Shown here: positions 20,360-31,071 of the stretch, piece after piece
Position numbering within the stretch: the stretch's first letter is position 1
How the letters are laid out: each line of letters opens with the position of its first letter
Assembly (NCBI GenBank): GCA_963774265.1
Contig: CAVZDU010000001.1
Coordinates: forward strand, 864,001 to 928,000
Direction of reading: 5' to 3'
DNA: 64,000 nt
DNA from: an uncultured Chloroflexia bacterium
GTDB lineage: Bacteria > Chloroflexota > Anaerolineae > CG2-30-64-16
The notes under the pieces: model-generated
The model's input: the letters and a program-made list of their open reading frames with translations, nothing else
Databases searched by the model: none
What the model was told of the DNA's origin: nothing
Program-made: the position numbers and the translations under genes

Positions 20360-23200
20360 ATGGCAACGAAGTACATTCCGCAGGACATCGAACCGAAGTG
20401 GCGTCAGGCTTGGGCCGAGAGCGGCCTATATGTGACGCGCCAGGTTGCTGACCGGCAGAAGTTTTACTTCCTTACCATGCTCCCCTACCCGTCCGGCGAC
20501 CTGCACATCGGCCATTGGTACGCGATGACGCCATCTGACGCAGGGGCGCGCTACCGGCGCATGAAGGGCTACAACGTCTTCTTCCCCATCGGATTCGATG
20601 CGTTCGGCCTGCCCGCGGAGAATGCGGCGATCCGGCACGGGATACACCCGTACACGTGGACCATGTCCAACATCGAGAAGATGCGCGGGCAACTGCGCAC
20701 CATGGGCGCGATGTGGTCCTGGGAGCATGAGGCGGTTTCCTGTGAGCCGGAGTACTACAAATGGTCACAGTGGTTCTTTCTGAAGCTGTATGACCATGGC
20801 CTGGCTTATCGCAAGAAGAGCCCGGTCGACTTTTGCCCAACGTGCAACACCACGCTGGCTCGCGAACAGGTCGTCGGCGATGAGCGCCGCTGCGAGCGCT
20901 GCGATTCGCCGGTCGAGCGCCGGCTGCTCGAACAGTGGTACTTCAAGATCACGGCTTATGCCGAGGAGCTGAAGCGCTTCGATGGCATCGAGTGGCCCGA
21001 GCGCATTCGCCAGGCGCAGTTGAACTGGATCGGAGATCGCAGCGAGGGCGCCGAGGTGGTGTTCAGGACCGAGCAGGACGATGAGATCGTCATCTTCACC
21101 ACCCGCCCCGACACGCTGTGGGGGGCGACGTTCATGGTGTTGGCGCCCGAGCATCCGCTCGTCGACAAGCTGACACCCGCGTCACACCGTGAGGGGGTCA
21201 AGGCTTATCAGTTCCAGGCCGGCAGGCAGACCGAGATAGAACGGGGCACGGCTGAACGCGAAAAGACGGGCGTTGCCATCGGCGCATACGCGGTCAACCC
21301 GGTGAACGGGAAACGCGTTCCGATCTGGATCGCGGACTATGTGACCATGTCCTATGGCACGGGCGCGATTATGGGCGTGCCCTCCCATGATGAGCGCGAC
21401 TTTGCGTTTGCGCTGAAGTTCGGGCTGCCCATCATCCCTGTTATCGACCGCACGGACGGTCGGGCAAAGAGCGCTGTTTGGGATGGCTCAGTTGCGGATG
21501 ACTTCGGCGATGAACTGACCGCAGCCGGGATCAAGTGGAGCCGGATCGAAATTGCCGACCGGGGCAGCTTCTTTGCGGCGGAATTGGCAGGCGAGGGCCA
21601 GGTTCATGTTTATCGGGATGTGCTGCGGGCGCACCTGATGCCGGGCCACTGGGCCGACATCGTGGGGCTGGGTTGGCAGGTCGTGTTCCCCGACGGCGCC
21701 ATGACGCTCGACTCGGCTGAAGCAGATGCGGCGATCATCGCCCGGTGCCACGCCGGCTACGACCTGATGCGCCAGTATCGCACAACGATGGAGATGTGGC
21801 ACGCGGTCGAGTGGTATCGCGATGTGCTGTATCATCACGAATATGGAGAGATGATCAACTCCGGCCCGTTCACCGGCACGCCGGGCGCGATTGCGAAAGC
21901 GAAAGTGACCGAATGGCTGGCGGAGCGAGGCATCGGCAAGTTCGACATCCAGTACAAGCTACACGATTGGCTGATCAGCCGGCAGCGCTACTGGGGCGCG
22001 CCGATCCCGATGATTTACTGCGAGCAGTGCGGCATCCAGCCGGAGAAATATGAGAACCTGCCGGTTCTCCTGCCGACGGATGCGCAAATTCCGCCCACGG
22101 GCGAGAATGCGTTGAAGTTCCATCAAGGCTATCTGAAGACGACTTGTCCGAAATGTGGTGGGCCTGCACGCCGCGAGACCGACACCATGGATACGTTTAT
22201 GTGCTCGTCATGGTACCAGTACGCCTATGTCTCGCCTTATTGGAAGACGGGCGAAATGCTGAGCGCAGATGACACACCGTGGGATCCGGAGGCAGGGAAG
22301 TACTGGCTGCCGGTGGATCAATACACCGGTGGGCACGAACACGCGACGATGCACTTGCTGTATACGCGGTTCTTCACGAAAGCGCTGGCTGACATGGGCG
22401 TGGTCGACTTTCGTGAGCCAATGCTGAGGTTGTTCAACCAGGGCATTATCCTTGGGGGGGATGGTCTCCGCATGAGCAAGAGCCGCGGCAACGTGGTGGC
22501 GCCTGACGCTTATGTGGAGCGCTACGGCGCGGATACGGTACGCGCCTATCTGATGTTTATTGGTCCATGGGACGCAGGCGGACCGTGGAACTTCACCGGC
22601 ATCGAAGGCGTGCGCCGCTTCCTGGAACGTGTCTGGGCCGTGGTGACTGAGCCGCGACACGCCAGGTCTGCCGGGGAAGAACTGGCGGGACAGGTTCGCG
22701 AGCTGCGCCACATGACGCACAAGACGCTGAAGAAGGTCACCGAGGACATCGAAGAGTTCAAGTGGAACACGGTCGTCAGCGCCCTGATGGAGTTCAATAA
22801 TCACCTGGTTAAGGCCAGGGACACGGCCGTGGTGGGGGACCCAGCGTGGGCCGAGGCGATCGACATGTTGCTGCTGATGATGGCCCCGGCGATGCCGCAC
22901 ATCGCTGAGGAGCTGTGGCAGGCGCAGCACGGACGAGGGGCGTTCTCGGCCGAGAAGAGCATTCATGTCCACCCGTGGCCGGATTACGATCCTGAGCTGG
23001 CCAAGGCCGACCTCGTCACGCTGGTGGTGCAGGTGAACGGCAAGGTGCGCGATCGTATCGAAGCGCCTGCTGGGATCACGGAAGACCAGGCACGGGAACT
23101 GGCCCTGGCGAGTCCTCTGGTGCAGAAGTGGTTCGAGGGCAAGCAGGTGCGCAAGGTGATCTTCGCCGGCGGCAAATTGATCAATATCGTAGTGGGGTGA
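20360..23200 (+). CDS. leuS: Leucine--tRNA ligase
   Basis: PYPSGDLHIGH, FTTRPDT, ISRQRYWG, DTMDTF, RMSKS. Confidence 0.97.
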   Translation: MATKYIPQDIEPKWRQAWAESGLYVTRQVADRQKFYFLTMLPYPSGDLHIGHWYAMTPSDAGARYRRMKGYNVFFPIGFDAFGLPAENAAIRHGIHPYTWTMSNIEKMRGQLRTMGAMWSWEHEAVSCEPEYYKWSQWFFLKLYDHGLAYRKKSPVDFCPTCNTTLAREQVVGDERRCERCDSPVERRLLEQWYFKITAYAEELKRFDGIEWPERIRQAQLNWIGDRSEGAEVVFRTEQDDEIVIFTTRPDTLWGATFMVLAPEHPLVDKLTPASHREGVKAYQFQAGRQTEIERGTAEREKTGVAIGAYAVNPVNGKRVPIWIADYVTMSYGTGAIMGVPSHDERDFAFALKFGLPIIPVIDRTDGRAKSAVWDGSVADDFGDELTAAGIKWSRIEIADRGSFFAAELAGEGQVHVYRDVLRAHLMPGHWADIVGLGWQVVFPDGAMTLDSAEADAAIIARCHAGYDLMRQYRTTMEMWHAVEWYRDVLYHHEYGEMINSGPFTGTPGAIAKAKVTEWLAERGIGKFDIQYKLHDWLISRQRYWGAPIPMIYCEQCGIQPEKYENLPVLLPTDAQIPPTGENALKFHQGYLKTTCPKCGGPARRETDTMDTFMCSSWYQYAYVSPYWKTGEMLSADDTPWDPEAGKYWLPVDQYTGGHEHATMHLLYTRFFTKALADMGVVDFREPMLRLFNQGIILGGDGLRMSKSRGNVVAPDAYVERYGADTVRAYLMFIGPWDAGGPWNFTGIEGVRRFLERVWAVVTEPRHARSAGEELAGQVRELRHMTHKTLKKVTEDIEEFKWNTVVSALMEFNNHLVKARDTAVVGDPAWAEAIDMLLLMMAPAMPHIAEELWQAQHGRGAFSAEKSIHVHPWPDYDPELAKADLVTLVVQVNGKVRDRIEAPAGITEDQARELALASPLVQKWFEGKQVRKVIFAGGKLINIVVG

Positions 23201-23204
23201 TTCG

Positions 23205-23238
23205 AGCACCCGGCGTCGGTAGACGCCGGGTGTTTTTT
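23205..23238 (+). terminator. Intrinsic terminator after leuS
   Basis: AGCACCCGGCGTC-ggta-GACGCCGGGTGTT followed by a T run. Confidence 0.8.
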
Positions 23239-23256
23239 CAATATTGGGAGGTGCAT

Positions 23257-23640
23257 ATGCGCGAAACGATCAACACCTCGGCCGCACCGGCGGCTATCGG
23301 TCCGTACAGCCAGGCAATTCGTGCGGGCGACTTCGTCTTTACCTCAGGCCAGATCGGTCTCGATCCTTCGAGCGGAAAACTGGTCGAGGGCATCGAGGCG
23401 CAGACGCACCTGGTGCTCAACAACCTGCGGGCCGTGCTCGGGGCTGCAGGCGCAAGCTTCGCAGACGTCGTGAAGACGACGATATTCCTCGTTAACATGG
23501 CGGACTTTCAAACGGTGAATGTCATCTATGCGGCGGAGTTTGGCGCAGATCCGCCGGCGCGTGCTACAGTGCAGGTGGCAGCCTTGCCGCGTCACGCGTT
23601 GGTCGAGATCGAAGTGGTGGCGCACGCACCAAAACGCTGA
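23257..23640 (+). CDS. ridA: RidA/YjgF enamine-imine deaminase
   Basis: APAAIGPYSQA, SGQI, PARA.V.VA.LP...VEIE; GGGAGG RBS. Confidence 0.92.
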   Translation: MRETINTSAAPAAIGPYSQAIRAGDFVFTSGQIGLDPSSGKLVEGIEAQTHLVLNNLRAVLGAAGASFADVVKTTIFLVNMADFQTVNVIYAAEFGADPPARATVQVAALPRHALVEIEVVAHAPKR

Positions 23641-23802
23641 GGTCATTATCCGAGGCATGGCCCGCAACGGCGCCTGGCGATGAATCGCCAGGCTGCCACA
23701 CCGTGATCTCGCTTTGCTTCGCGCACGCGCTGGCACTTGCGCGTTGGAAGTTACTCCGGTATAATTTTCTCAGTCTTTGTTGGAGGGGGAGTCATTATTC
23801 TC

Positions 23803-25029
23803 ATGAAGATGCACAAGGCGCTGCAGTCCGCCCAGCCTGCAGCCGAGCCGAACCCCATGGACGCCCTGCCGCTAGACGCGTTGACATTCTCGCAATTGCG
23901 GCAAGGCGACACAGTGGAAGGCACCATCGTCAGCATCAGCCCCAATCAACTCCTTGTTGCCATCCCGTATAAAGCGGACGCCATCGTCGATCCGCGGGAA
24001 CTGGAGCGATTGGGGAAAGAGTTCCTCGACACCATCGCAGTCGGCGATGTCATTTCCGCTGTCGTGGTGCAGCCGGAGGATCGCGACGGAAACGTCGTCA
24101 TTTCGATGGCGCGCGCCCAGCAGGAGCAGGATTGGCGTCAGGCTGAGGAACTATTCCAGTCACAAGACGTCTTTGAAGGTGTGGTCACTGGTTACAACCG
24201 TGGCGGCATCATCATCCGGGTGGGGCGCGTGCGTGGCTTTGTCCCTGCCTCGCAGCTTTCCGCTCGATGGCAGGCGCAGCAGGACGGGGAAGGTGACCCG
24301 GAGCAGCGGTGGGCCCGGTTGGTTGGCCAGTCGATGCAACTGAAGGTCGTTGAGTTGGATCGGCTTCGCAACCGGCTGATTCTTTCCGAGCGAGCTGCCA
24401 TGCGTGACTGGCGCAAGAATCAGAAGGACCGGCTGCTGTCAACCCTTAACAAAGGCGATGTCCTTAAGGGCATCGTAACCAGCATCGCCGATTTCGGCGC
24501 ATTTGTCGACCTCGGCGGCGCGGATGGCCTCATTCACCTCTCCGAGTTGGCCTGGCACCGGGTGGAACATCCACGCGATGTCTTGCGGGTTGGCCAGGAG
24601 ATCGAGGTCTACGTGATGAACGTAGACGAAGAGCGCAAGCGTATCGGCTTGAGCCTGCGTCGTCTCAGCCCGGAGCCATGGACTGTGGTGGCGGACCGGT
24701 ATGTAGTCGGCCAGGTCCTCACTGCACAGATAACCCGGCTGGCCGCGTTCGGCGCCTTCGCCAAAATGGACGATGCTATCGAGGGACTGATCCACATCTC
24801 TGAGATGGCGGATTATCGCATCAATCATCCCAAGGAGATCGTGCAGGAAGGCGATGAAGTGCAGGTCCGGGTGATTCGCATCGATCCGCAGCATCGGCGC
24901 ATCGGTCTGAGTCTCCGCCAAGCCTCCGAAGACGCGTATGTCGATTGGCAGGCTAACGAAGCTGATCAAGAAGTCGAACTGGCGCTGGAAGGTGTGGCAT
25001 CTGAGGAGCTTCCGGTCGAGAATATGTAG
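23803..25029 (+). CDS. rpsA: 30S ribosomal protein S1 (four S1 domains)
   Basis: [35 protein letters not shown]. Confidence 0.85.
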   Translation: MKMHKALQSAQPAAEPNPMDALPLDALTFSQLRQGDTVEGTIVSISPNQLLVAIPYKADAIVDPRELERLGKEFLDTIAVGDVISAVVVQPEDRDGNVVISMARAQQEQDWRQAEELFQSQDVFEGVVTGYNRGGIIIRVGRVRGFVPASQLSARWQAQQDGEGDPEQRWARLVGQSMQLKVVELDRLRNRLILSERAAMRDWRKNQKDRLLSTLNKGDVLKGIVTSIADFGAFVDLGGADGLIHLSELAWHRVEHPRDVLRVGQEIEVYVMNVDEERKRIGLSLRRLSPEPWTVVADRYVVGQVLTAQITRLAAFGAFAKMDDAIEGLIHISEMADYRINHPKEIVQEGDEVQVRVIRIDPQHRRIGLSLRQASEDAYVDWQANEADQEVELALEGVASEELPVENM

Positions 25030-25286
25030 TTGCCGGCGGGCAACAGTGTGGTGATATCTTGCTACCCGATGGGGCGGAGGCACTTGGTGCTCTCCGCCCT
25101 TCCTATTTCGTTTCCGGGTGATGGCGCCCGTTTGCATAGACAGCCGGACCAGGTCAAGGGAACCCGGCTTACGACACCCCTTTTGGTCTGTGCTATAATT
25201 CATAGTGTGCGGATGTGTGACCATGGGTGGGTAACAGCGAATCGTGGGACGGATGACACGCAGATGCTGCGTGAAGGATGAGGACA

Positions 25287-27785
25287 ATGGTGGAAAAACT
25301 AGACCGATTCACAAAACATGCACGCCAGGTGCTGCAGATAGCTCAGGAAGAGGCTTTACGCCTGAACCACAACTACGTGGGCACGGAGCATCTGCTGCTG
25401 GGCCTGGCCAAAGAAGAAAATGGGCTGGCATCCAAGGTTTTGCGGGAGGTAGGCGCAACCCCGGCGGAAGTCGTCCGCCAGGTTGAGCGCATGGCGCCCC
25501 GTAACCCACGACCGCCATTTGGCAAGCCGACGTTGACCCCACGCACAAAGCGTGTTATCGAGTTAGCTGTTGAAGAAGCTCGCCAGATGGGACACCCCTA
25601 CATCGGGACAGAACACCTGCTGCTTGGCCTGGTGCGTGAGGATGAAGGTATCGCGGCTGAGGTGTTGCGCAGTGTGGGCGCGAGCCTGGACAAAATCCGG
25701 CAGCAGACCACGCGCACGATTCTGGAGAACCAACTCCAGGAGAAGTCAACCAAGAAGCGTGAGAGCAAGACTCCGCTCACCGATCAATTAGGGTTTGACC
25801 TGACTGCACGCGCCGAGGAGGGCAAGCTGGATCCTGTGATTGGCCGCGAGAAGGAAATCGAGCGGGTCATCCAGATCCTGAGCCGCCGCACCAAGAATAA
25901 TCCTGCGCTCATCGGCGAACCCGGTGTGGGCAAGACGGCCATCGTCGAGGGGTTAGCGCAACGCATCATAGACGGTGACGTGCCCGAAACCCTGATCGAC
26001 AAGCGAGTACTGATGCTTGATGTGGGCTCCCTGGTCGCGGGCACCATGTATCGCGGCCAATTCGAAGAGCGCATGAAGAAGGTGATCGAGGAGATCACCA
26101 ACTCGGATGCCATTCTGTTCATCGACGAGGTGCACATGCTGGTGGGCGCGGGCTCGGCCGGCAGCAGCGTGGACGCAGCGAACCTGCTTAAGCCTGCGCT
26201 GGCCCGCGGCGAGCTCCAGTGCATCGGGGCTACGACCCTGGATGAGTACCGGAAGTACATCGAAGGTGACGCCTCGCTCGAACGCCGCTTCCAGCCTGTC
26301 CTGGTGGACGAACCGACGATTGAGCAGACTATTGAGATTTTGAAGGGCGTGCGCAAGATGTACGAGGCGCATCACCAGCTCAAGATCGGGGATGATGCAC
26401 TGCAGGCCGCGGCCCGGTTGTCGGCCCGTTACGTGCCTGATCGGTTCCTCCCTGACAAGGCCATCGATTTGATGGACGAGGCGGCCAGCCGCGTCCGCAT
26501 GTATAAGGTGCCTTACGCCACGACCCTGCGCGACACGTTCCGTGAGCTCAAGACGACGCAGAAGGCCAAGGAAGAGGCTGTCGAAGCAAAGCGCTACGAC
26601 GATGCATTGGATCTGCGCCATCACGAGATTGAACTCGAACGGCAACTGGAACAGCTCCGCAAGGGCTGGCAGGAGGCCGCACCGCAACCGACCGTCACCG
26701 AGGACGACATTGCTGAGGTCGTCGGCATGTGGACAGGGATTCCCATGATTCGCCTGGTGGGCGAAGAGACCGCGCGCCTGTTGGAGATGGAGGACTACCT
26801 GCACAAACGGGTGGTTGGCCAGGATGAGCCCGTCCAAGCGATCGCACGGGCCGTGCGTCGCGCGCGTACTGGCTTGAAAGACCCGAGGCGTCCCATCGGC
26901 ACCTTTATGTTCCTTGGGCCCACGGGTGTCGGCAAGACCTTGCTGGCAAAGAGCCTGGCGGAGTTCTTGTTTGGCTCCGAAGATGCGCTCATCAAGCTCG
27001 ACATGAGCGAATTCATGGAACGGCATAACGTGAGTCGCCTGGTTGGTGCGCCGCCCGGCTACGTGGGTTATGAAGAGGGCGGCCAGCTCAGTGAGGCAGT
27101 GCGCCGGCGTCCCTACTCGGTGGTGCTGCTGGACGAGATCGAGAAGGCCCATCCCGAGGTCTTCAATATGCTCCTCCAGATCATGGAAGACGGCAGCCTG
27201 TCTGATGCGAAGGGCCGGCGGATTGACTTCCGCAACGCGATCTTGATCATGACCTCGAACGTGGGGGCTAATCTGATCAAGCACGGCGGTGCGTTGGGAT
27301 TTGCGACCAGCCGCGACGATGCCGCGCGCCAGGAGGATGAATACCAGGTGATGCGGGATCGGGTGACGGAGGCTCTGAAGCGCACCTTCCGGCCGGAGTT
27401 TCTCAACCGGTTGGACGGCACGATGGTGTTCCGCAGCCTGACCAAGGAACAGATCAGCGAGATCGTCGGGCTGGAGCTGCGGCGGGTCAACGAGCAGCTG
27501 GTCGAGCAGAACGTCACATTGGAGATCGCAGACGAGGTCAAGGCTTACCTGGCGGATGAAGGGTATGACGTCGAGTATGGCGCGCGGCCGCTCCGTCGCC
27601 TTATCCAGGACAAGCTGGAAGATCGCCTGAGCGAGGCGCTGCTGAGCGGTGAGATCCAGTCCGGCAGCCGGGTGAAGATCACCCTGGGGGCCAATAACGA
27701 ATTGGAGCTCAACGTGGAGCGCGCCGTCACCATCGCGCCTCCGCCCCCCCTGCTGGCCGAAACGACGGAAGAACTGGCGAACTAA
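25287..27785 (+). CDS. clpC: ATP-dependent Clp protease ATPase subunit ClpC
   Basis: Clp-N repeats, two AAA domains ([16 protein letters not shown]), UVR coil, LGF loop. Confidence 0.93.
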   Translation: MVEKLDRFTKHARQVLQIAQEEALRLNHNYVGTEHLLLGLAKEENGLASKVLREVGATPAEVVRQVERMAPRNPRPPFGKPTLTPRTKRVIELAVEEARQMGHPYIGTEHLLLGLVREDEGIAAEVLRSVGASLDKIRQQTTRTILENQLQEKSTKKRESKTPLTDQLGFDLTARAEEGKLDPVIGREKEIERVIQILSRRTKNNPALIGEPGVGKTAIVEGLAQRIIDGDVPETLIDKRVLMLDVGSLVAGTMYRGQFEERMKKVIEEITNSDAILFIDEVHMLVGAGSAGSSVDAANLLKPALARGELQCIGATTLDEYRKYIEGDASLERRFQPVLVDEPTIEQTIEILKGVRKMYEAHHQLKIGDDALQAAARLSARYVPDRFLPDKAIDLMDEAASRVRMYKVPYATTLRDTFRELKTTQKAKEEAVEAKRYDDALDLRHHEIELERQLEQLRKGWQEAAPQPTVTEDDIAEVVGMWTGIPMIRLVGEETARLLEMEDYLHKRVVGQDEPVQAIARAVRRARTGLKDPRRPIGTFMFLGPTGVGKTLLAKSLAEFLFGSEDALIKLDMSEFMERHNVSRLVGAPPGYVGYEEGGQLSEAVRRRPYSVVLLDEIEKAHPEVFNMLLQIMEDGSLSDAKGRRIDFRNAILIMTSNVGANLIKHGGALGFATSRDDAARQEDEYQVMRDRVTEALKRTFRPEFLNRLDGTMVFRSLTKEQISEIVGLELRRVNEQLVEQNVTLEIADEVKAYLADEGYDVEYGARPLRRLIQDKLEDRLSEALLSGEIQSGSRVKITLGANNELELNVERAVTIAPPPPLLAETTEELAN

Positions 27786-27916
27786 GCGGGCGGTTCCTGG
27801 TTGACTGACAGCCGCGTGTCACCTGCACGCGGCTGTTTTGTGTGGCGATGGAGCGTTTGACGCCTCGGCGGCGTCACCAATGCGATCACGTCTTTATGCT
27901 GCGAAAGAGGTTCTGC

Positions 27917-29617
27917 ATGATGCGCAAGGCTTGCAGGCGACAGACCCGGGTGTGTTTGGTTCTTGCACTGCTCGCGCTGCTCCTCAACCTGGTGCCCGGG
28001 AACGCACCTGTTCGAGCGCAGACGCTCAGCCCCGAATTTGCCCCGGGTCAAGTTCTGATCGGGTGGCAGGTGGGAGAAGGCCCCGTGCCTGTGGTGCCGC
28101 GCAAGGTGGACATGTTGGCGCCGGACCAAAACGATCCGATCCGGCAGACCGCCGTGCGGGAGATCAGCCGCCTCACAGGACTGACCGTCCTGCGAGCCGC
28201 ACCGGAATACGGGATTGCGCGGCTGGCGGTGAAGGCCGGCGCCGAAGCGGCGGAAATCGCGCGGCTGCAGGCGTTGCCTTGGGTTCGTTACGCCGAGCCG
28301 AACTACTATGTGTACGCCGCGGGCGAGACCCTGATCCCCAATGACCCTGATTACCCTAAGCAGTGGAACATGGATCGCGTGGCCGCGCCGGTTGCCTGGG
28401 CGGTAGCGCGCGGGAGCTTCTCATTCATCGTAGCAGTTCTCGACACCGGCGTGGCGCAGAGTCATCCTGAGTTTGCCGGTAAGCTGCTTCCCGGTAAGGA
28501 TTATGTTAACAGCCCTGACACTGATGGCCCGGAAGACGACGATCCAACCAGCCATGGCACCCATGTAACAGGCATCATCGCGGCAGGTTTCGATAACGGA
28601 CAAGGGGTGGCGGGGTTGGCGCCCGATGTCAAGGTGCTGCCGCTCAAGGTTCTGAATAACAACCGGACCGGATTCATCGATGACATCGCGGAGGCGATAC
28701 AGTATGCGGCTGACTACGGTGCGCAGGTCATTAACCTCAGCCTGACTACGTCTGCTTCGTCTACGACTTTGCAGACTGCCGTTAACTACGCGCTGGGAAA
28801 GGGGAGGCTGATCGTCGCGGCCGCAGGCAATCTCGCGCAGCCCCAGTACGGCAACCCGATCCTGTATCCCGCCGCGTATCCTGACGTGCTGGCGGTGGCA
28901 GCCAGTGACTATTTCGACGGTGCAGCGTCGTATTCGGAACATCATTCCTACGTTGACCTGGCTGCGCCCGGCGGCATGGGCACGTCGGCTGCGGCCATTT
29001 ACAGTACGACACGATCCTCTTACGGCTATCAGAGCGGCACGTCGATGAGCACGCCGATGGTGTCTGCGGCTGCGGCGTTGGTGTGGATCTTGAAACCGGC
29101 AGCGACTCATCAAGAAGTGGCGGACATCCTGAAGAACACAGCCGACAAGGTCGGCACCGACCCATCCGGACAGCCTCTCTCCTATGAGACCGGGCGGAAT
29201 GACTATTTCGGGTTCGGACGGCTGAACGTCGGGTGGGCCGTGCGTGCGGTGTATCCACCATCGCTGACGACGAATGCCGGCCCCCAGTCGTTCCTATTGG
29301 GAGAACCGCTGACGACACAGTCTCGCATGATCGAGATCACGAATCCCAGCAACCGGGGCGTGTCGTGGCAGGCTACGGTGCTGGGCGCTGACTGGCTTTC
29401 CGTCACGCCGGGCTTCGGCACGTCCCTGTACAGCGTGCCCGGTTATCTCACACTGACGGCCGAGTTGGGAGAGCTCACGCCAGCCACTTACAGTGGACTC
29501 GTGCGGGTGCAGCCGCTCGACCCGGCAGACCTGCCAGGCTTCGAGATCTTGGTCCAATTGCGCGTCGTCGAATCAGTCAGCCTCTTGTATTTGCCGTTCG
29601 CCCGGGCTGCGCCGTGA
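27917..29617 (+). CDS. Secreted S8 subtilisin-like serine protease with C-terminal Ig/BACON-like domain
   Basis: Signal peptide; catalytic VAVLDTG, HGTHVTG, GTSMSTP. Confidence 0.9.
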   Translation: MMRKACRRQTRVCLVLALLALLLNLVPGNAPVRAQTLSPEFAPGQVLIGWQVGEGPVPVVPRKVDMLAPDQNDPIRQTAVREISRLTGLTVLRAAPEYGIARLAVKAGAEAAEIARLQALPWVRYAEPNYYVYAAGETLIPNDPDYPKQWNMDRVAAPVAWAVARGSFSFIVAVLDTGVAQSHPEFAGKLLPGKDYVNSPDTDGPEDDDPTSHGTHVTGIIAAGFDNGQGVAGLAPDVKVLPLKVLNNNRTGFIDDIAEAIQYAADYGAQVINLSLTTSASSTTLQTAVNYALGKGRLIVAAAGNLAQPQYGNPILYPAAYPDVLAVAASDYFDGAASYSEHHSYVDLAAPGGMGTSAAAIYSTTRSSYGYQSGTSMSTPMVSAAAALVWILKPAATHQEVADILKNTADKVGTDPSGQPLSYETGRNDYFGFGRLNVGWAVRAVYPPSLTTNAGPQSFLLGEPLTTQSRMIEITNPSNRGVSWQATVLGADWLSVTPGFGTSLYSVPGYLTLTAELGELTPATYSGLVRVQPLDPADLPGFEILVQLRVVESVSLLYLPFARAAP

Positions 29618-29632
29618 AGATGGCCCACATTT

Positions 29633-29667
29633 CAGGTGCCCGGCACTTGCCAAGTGCCGGGCACCTG
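29633..29667. repeat. Perfect 17-bp inverted repeat (REP-like palindrome)
   Basis: CAGGTGCCCGGCACTTG-c-CAAGTGCCGGGCACCTG. Confidence 0.85.
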
Positions 29668-29684
29668 GGGCACAATCTCAGTTG

Positions 29685-31031
29685 ATGAGCCATCATGTGT
29701 TTCCGCGCTGTCGATTGTGGATGGGCTGCCTGCTCGCAGCGGTGATGCTCGTGTTTGGGGCAGCCGGCTGCGGGGCGCCAGCCACGGCCACGCCAGCACC
29801 CGTCAAAACCCCCACGCCTTCGCCGAGCGCACCCCGGCCCACGGCCGCTCCCACTTCAGCCGGCGCGGCCACGGATGGCGTGCTGACCTTGACCTGGTGG
29901 GCGCCGGAGTTCATGAGTCCGGAGGCGCCACAGCCCGCCGGCCCGTTGGTTGTGGAACAACTCGATGCGTTCAGCCTAACCCAGGGGGGCAAAGTGCGCG
30001 TCCAGGTCGAGCGAAAGGCGCGTTACGGCAAAGGCGGGCTGCTAGATTTCCTTCGCACGGCACAGCCCGTAGCGTCCAGCGTCCTGCCCGACCTGGTGGC
30101 CCTGGACGTGGCTGAGTTAGAGGGAGCGGTTGCGGCGGGCGTCTTACAGCCCCTCGCCTCACTCTTGGATGATGCGATCACCGAGGGCATGTATCCGTTT
30201 GCCGTGGAAGCGGGGCAATTGGACGGGCAGCTCTATGCAGTGCAATTTTTGAGCGACTTCGATCATGCAGTCTATCTGCCTTCGCAGGTGGCTGAGCTAC
30301 CGACCCAATGGTCGGACATCCTTACCCGGCAGACGGCTTACCTTTTTCCGCTTGCATCTTTGCAGGGTGGCGCCAGTGCGCGGCCTTCAGAGGCCTTGTC
30401 CCGCGCGATCTTGAGCCAATATCTGTCGGCCGGCGCGACGTTTGGATCGGATCGCCGCCTAGTGCTGGAGGCGCAGCCACTGCTGAACCTGCTCACGTTC
30501 TACGAGAATGGCGTGAAGGCCGGCTTGCTCCCGCCGAGCGCACAGGAGTTGGCCGATGGCGAGGCGGTGTGGGGTGTCTTCTCACAGGGCAAAGTCCCCC
30601 TGGCTTATGCGAGCGCGAGGCGTTTTTGGACGGGAAACGCGACGCTGAATGCGGGTTTCGCCCCTGCGCCCGGAATGACAGGGCCAGCAACGCCGATTGC
30701 CGGCGGTTGGGCCCTTGCCGTGGTGACCACCGATCCACAGCGACAGCGCGCCGCCGCCAATCTGATCGCCTGGTTGCTGAAACCCGACAACGCCAGCGCC
30801 TGGTCCACCGCGTTGGGGTGGTTGCCGACGTCGCCCGAGGCCGTGCAGATGCTCGACGATGGCCCGTACCGGGATTTCCTGGACGCACAACTATCCGCTG
30901 CGCGTGGGCTGCCCGCCGGATCGAACTATGCGACCAGCGCCGCGCGCATCCAGGCTGCGGTCCTGTCCGTGGTGAAGGGTGAGAGCGATGCTGCCACGGC
31001 GACTAATACCGCAATCAACGCACAACCCTAG
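29685..31031 (+). CDS. Extracellular solute-binding lipoprotein
   Basis: Lipobox AAGC, Pro/Thr linker, PDLVALD, GWALAV. Confidence 0.75.
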   Translation: MSHHVFPRCRLWMGCLLAAVMLVFGAAGCGAPATATPAPVKTPTPSPSAPRPTAAPTSAGAATDGVLTLTWWAPEFMSPEAPQPAGPLVVEQLDAFSLTQGGKVRVQVERKARYGKGGLLDFLRTAQPVASSVLPDLVALDVAELEGAVAAGVLQPLASLLDDAITEGMYPFAVEAGQLDGQLYAVQFLSDFDHAVYLPSQVAELPTQWSDILTRQTAYLFPLASLQGGASARPSEALSRAILSQYLSAGATFGSDRRLVLEAQPLLNLLTFYENGVKAGLLPPSAQELADGEAVWGVFSQGKVPLAYASARRFWTGNATLNAGFAPAPGMTGPATPIAGGWALAVVTTDPQRQRAAANLIAWLLKPDNASAWSTALGWLPTSPEAVQMLDDGPYRDFLDAQLSAARGLPAGSNYATSAARIQAAVLSVVKGESDAATATNTAINAQP

Positions 31032-31071
31032 CGCAAGCTTGCACCTACCGCGGCCGTGATGGGGAAGCAGG

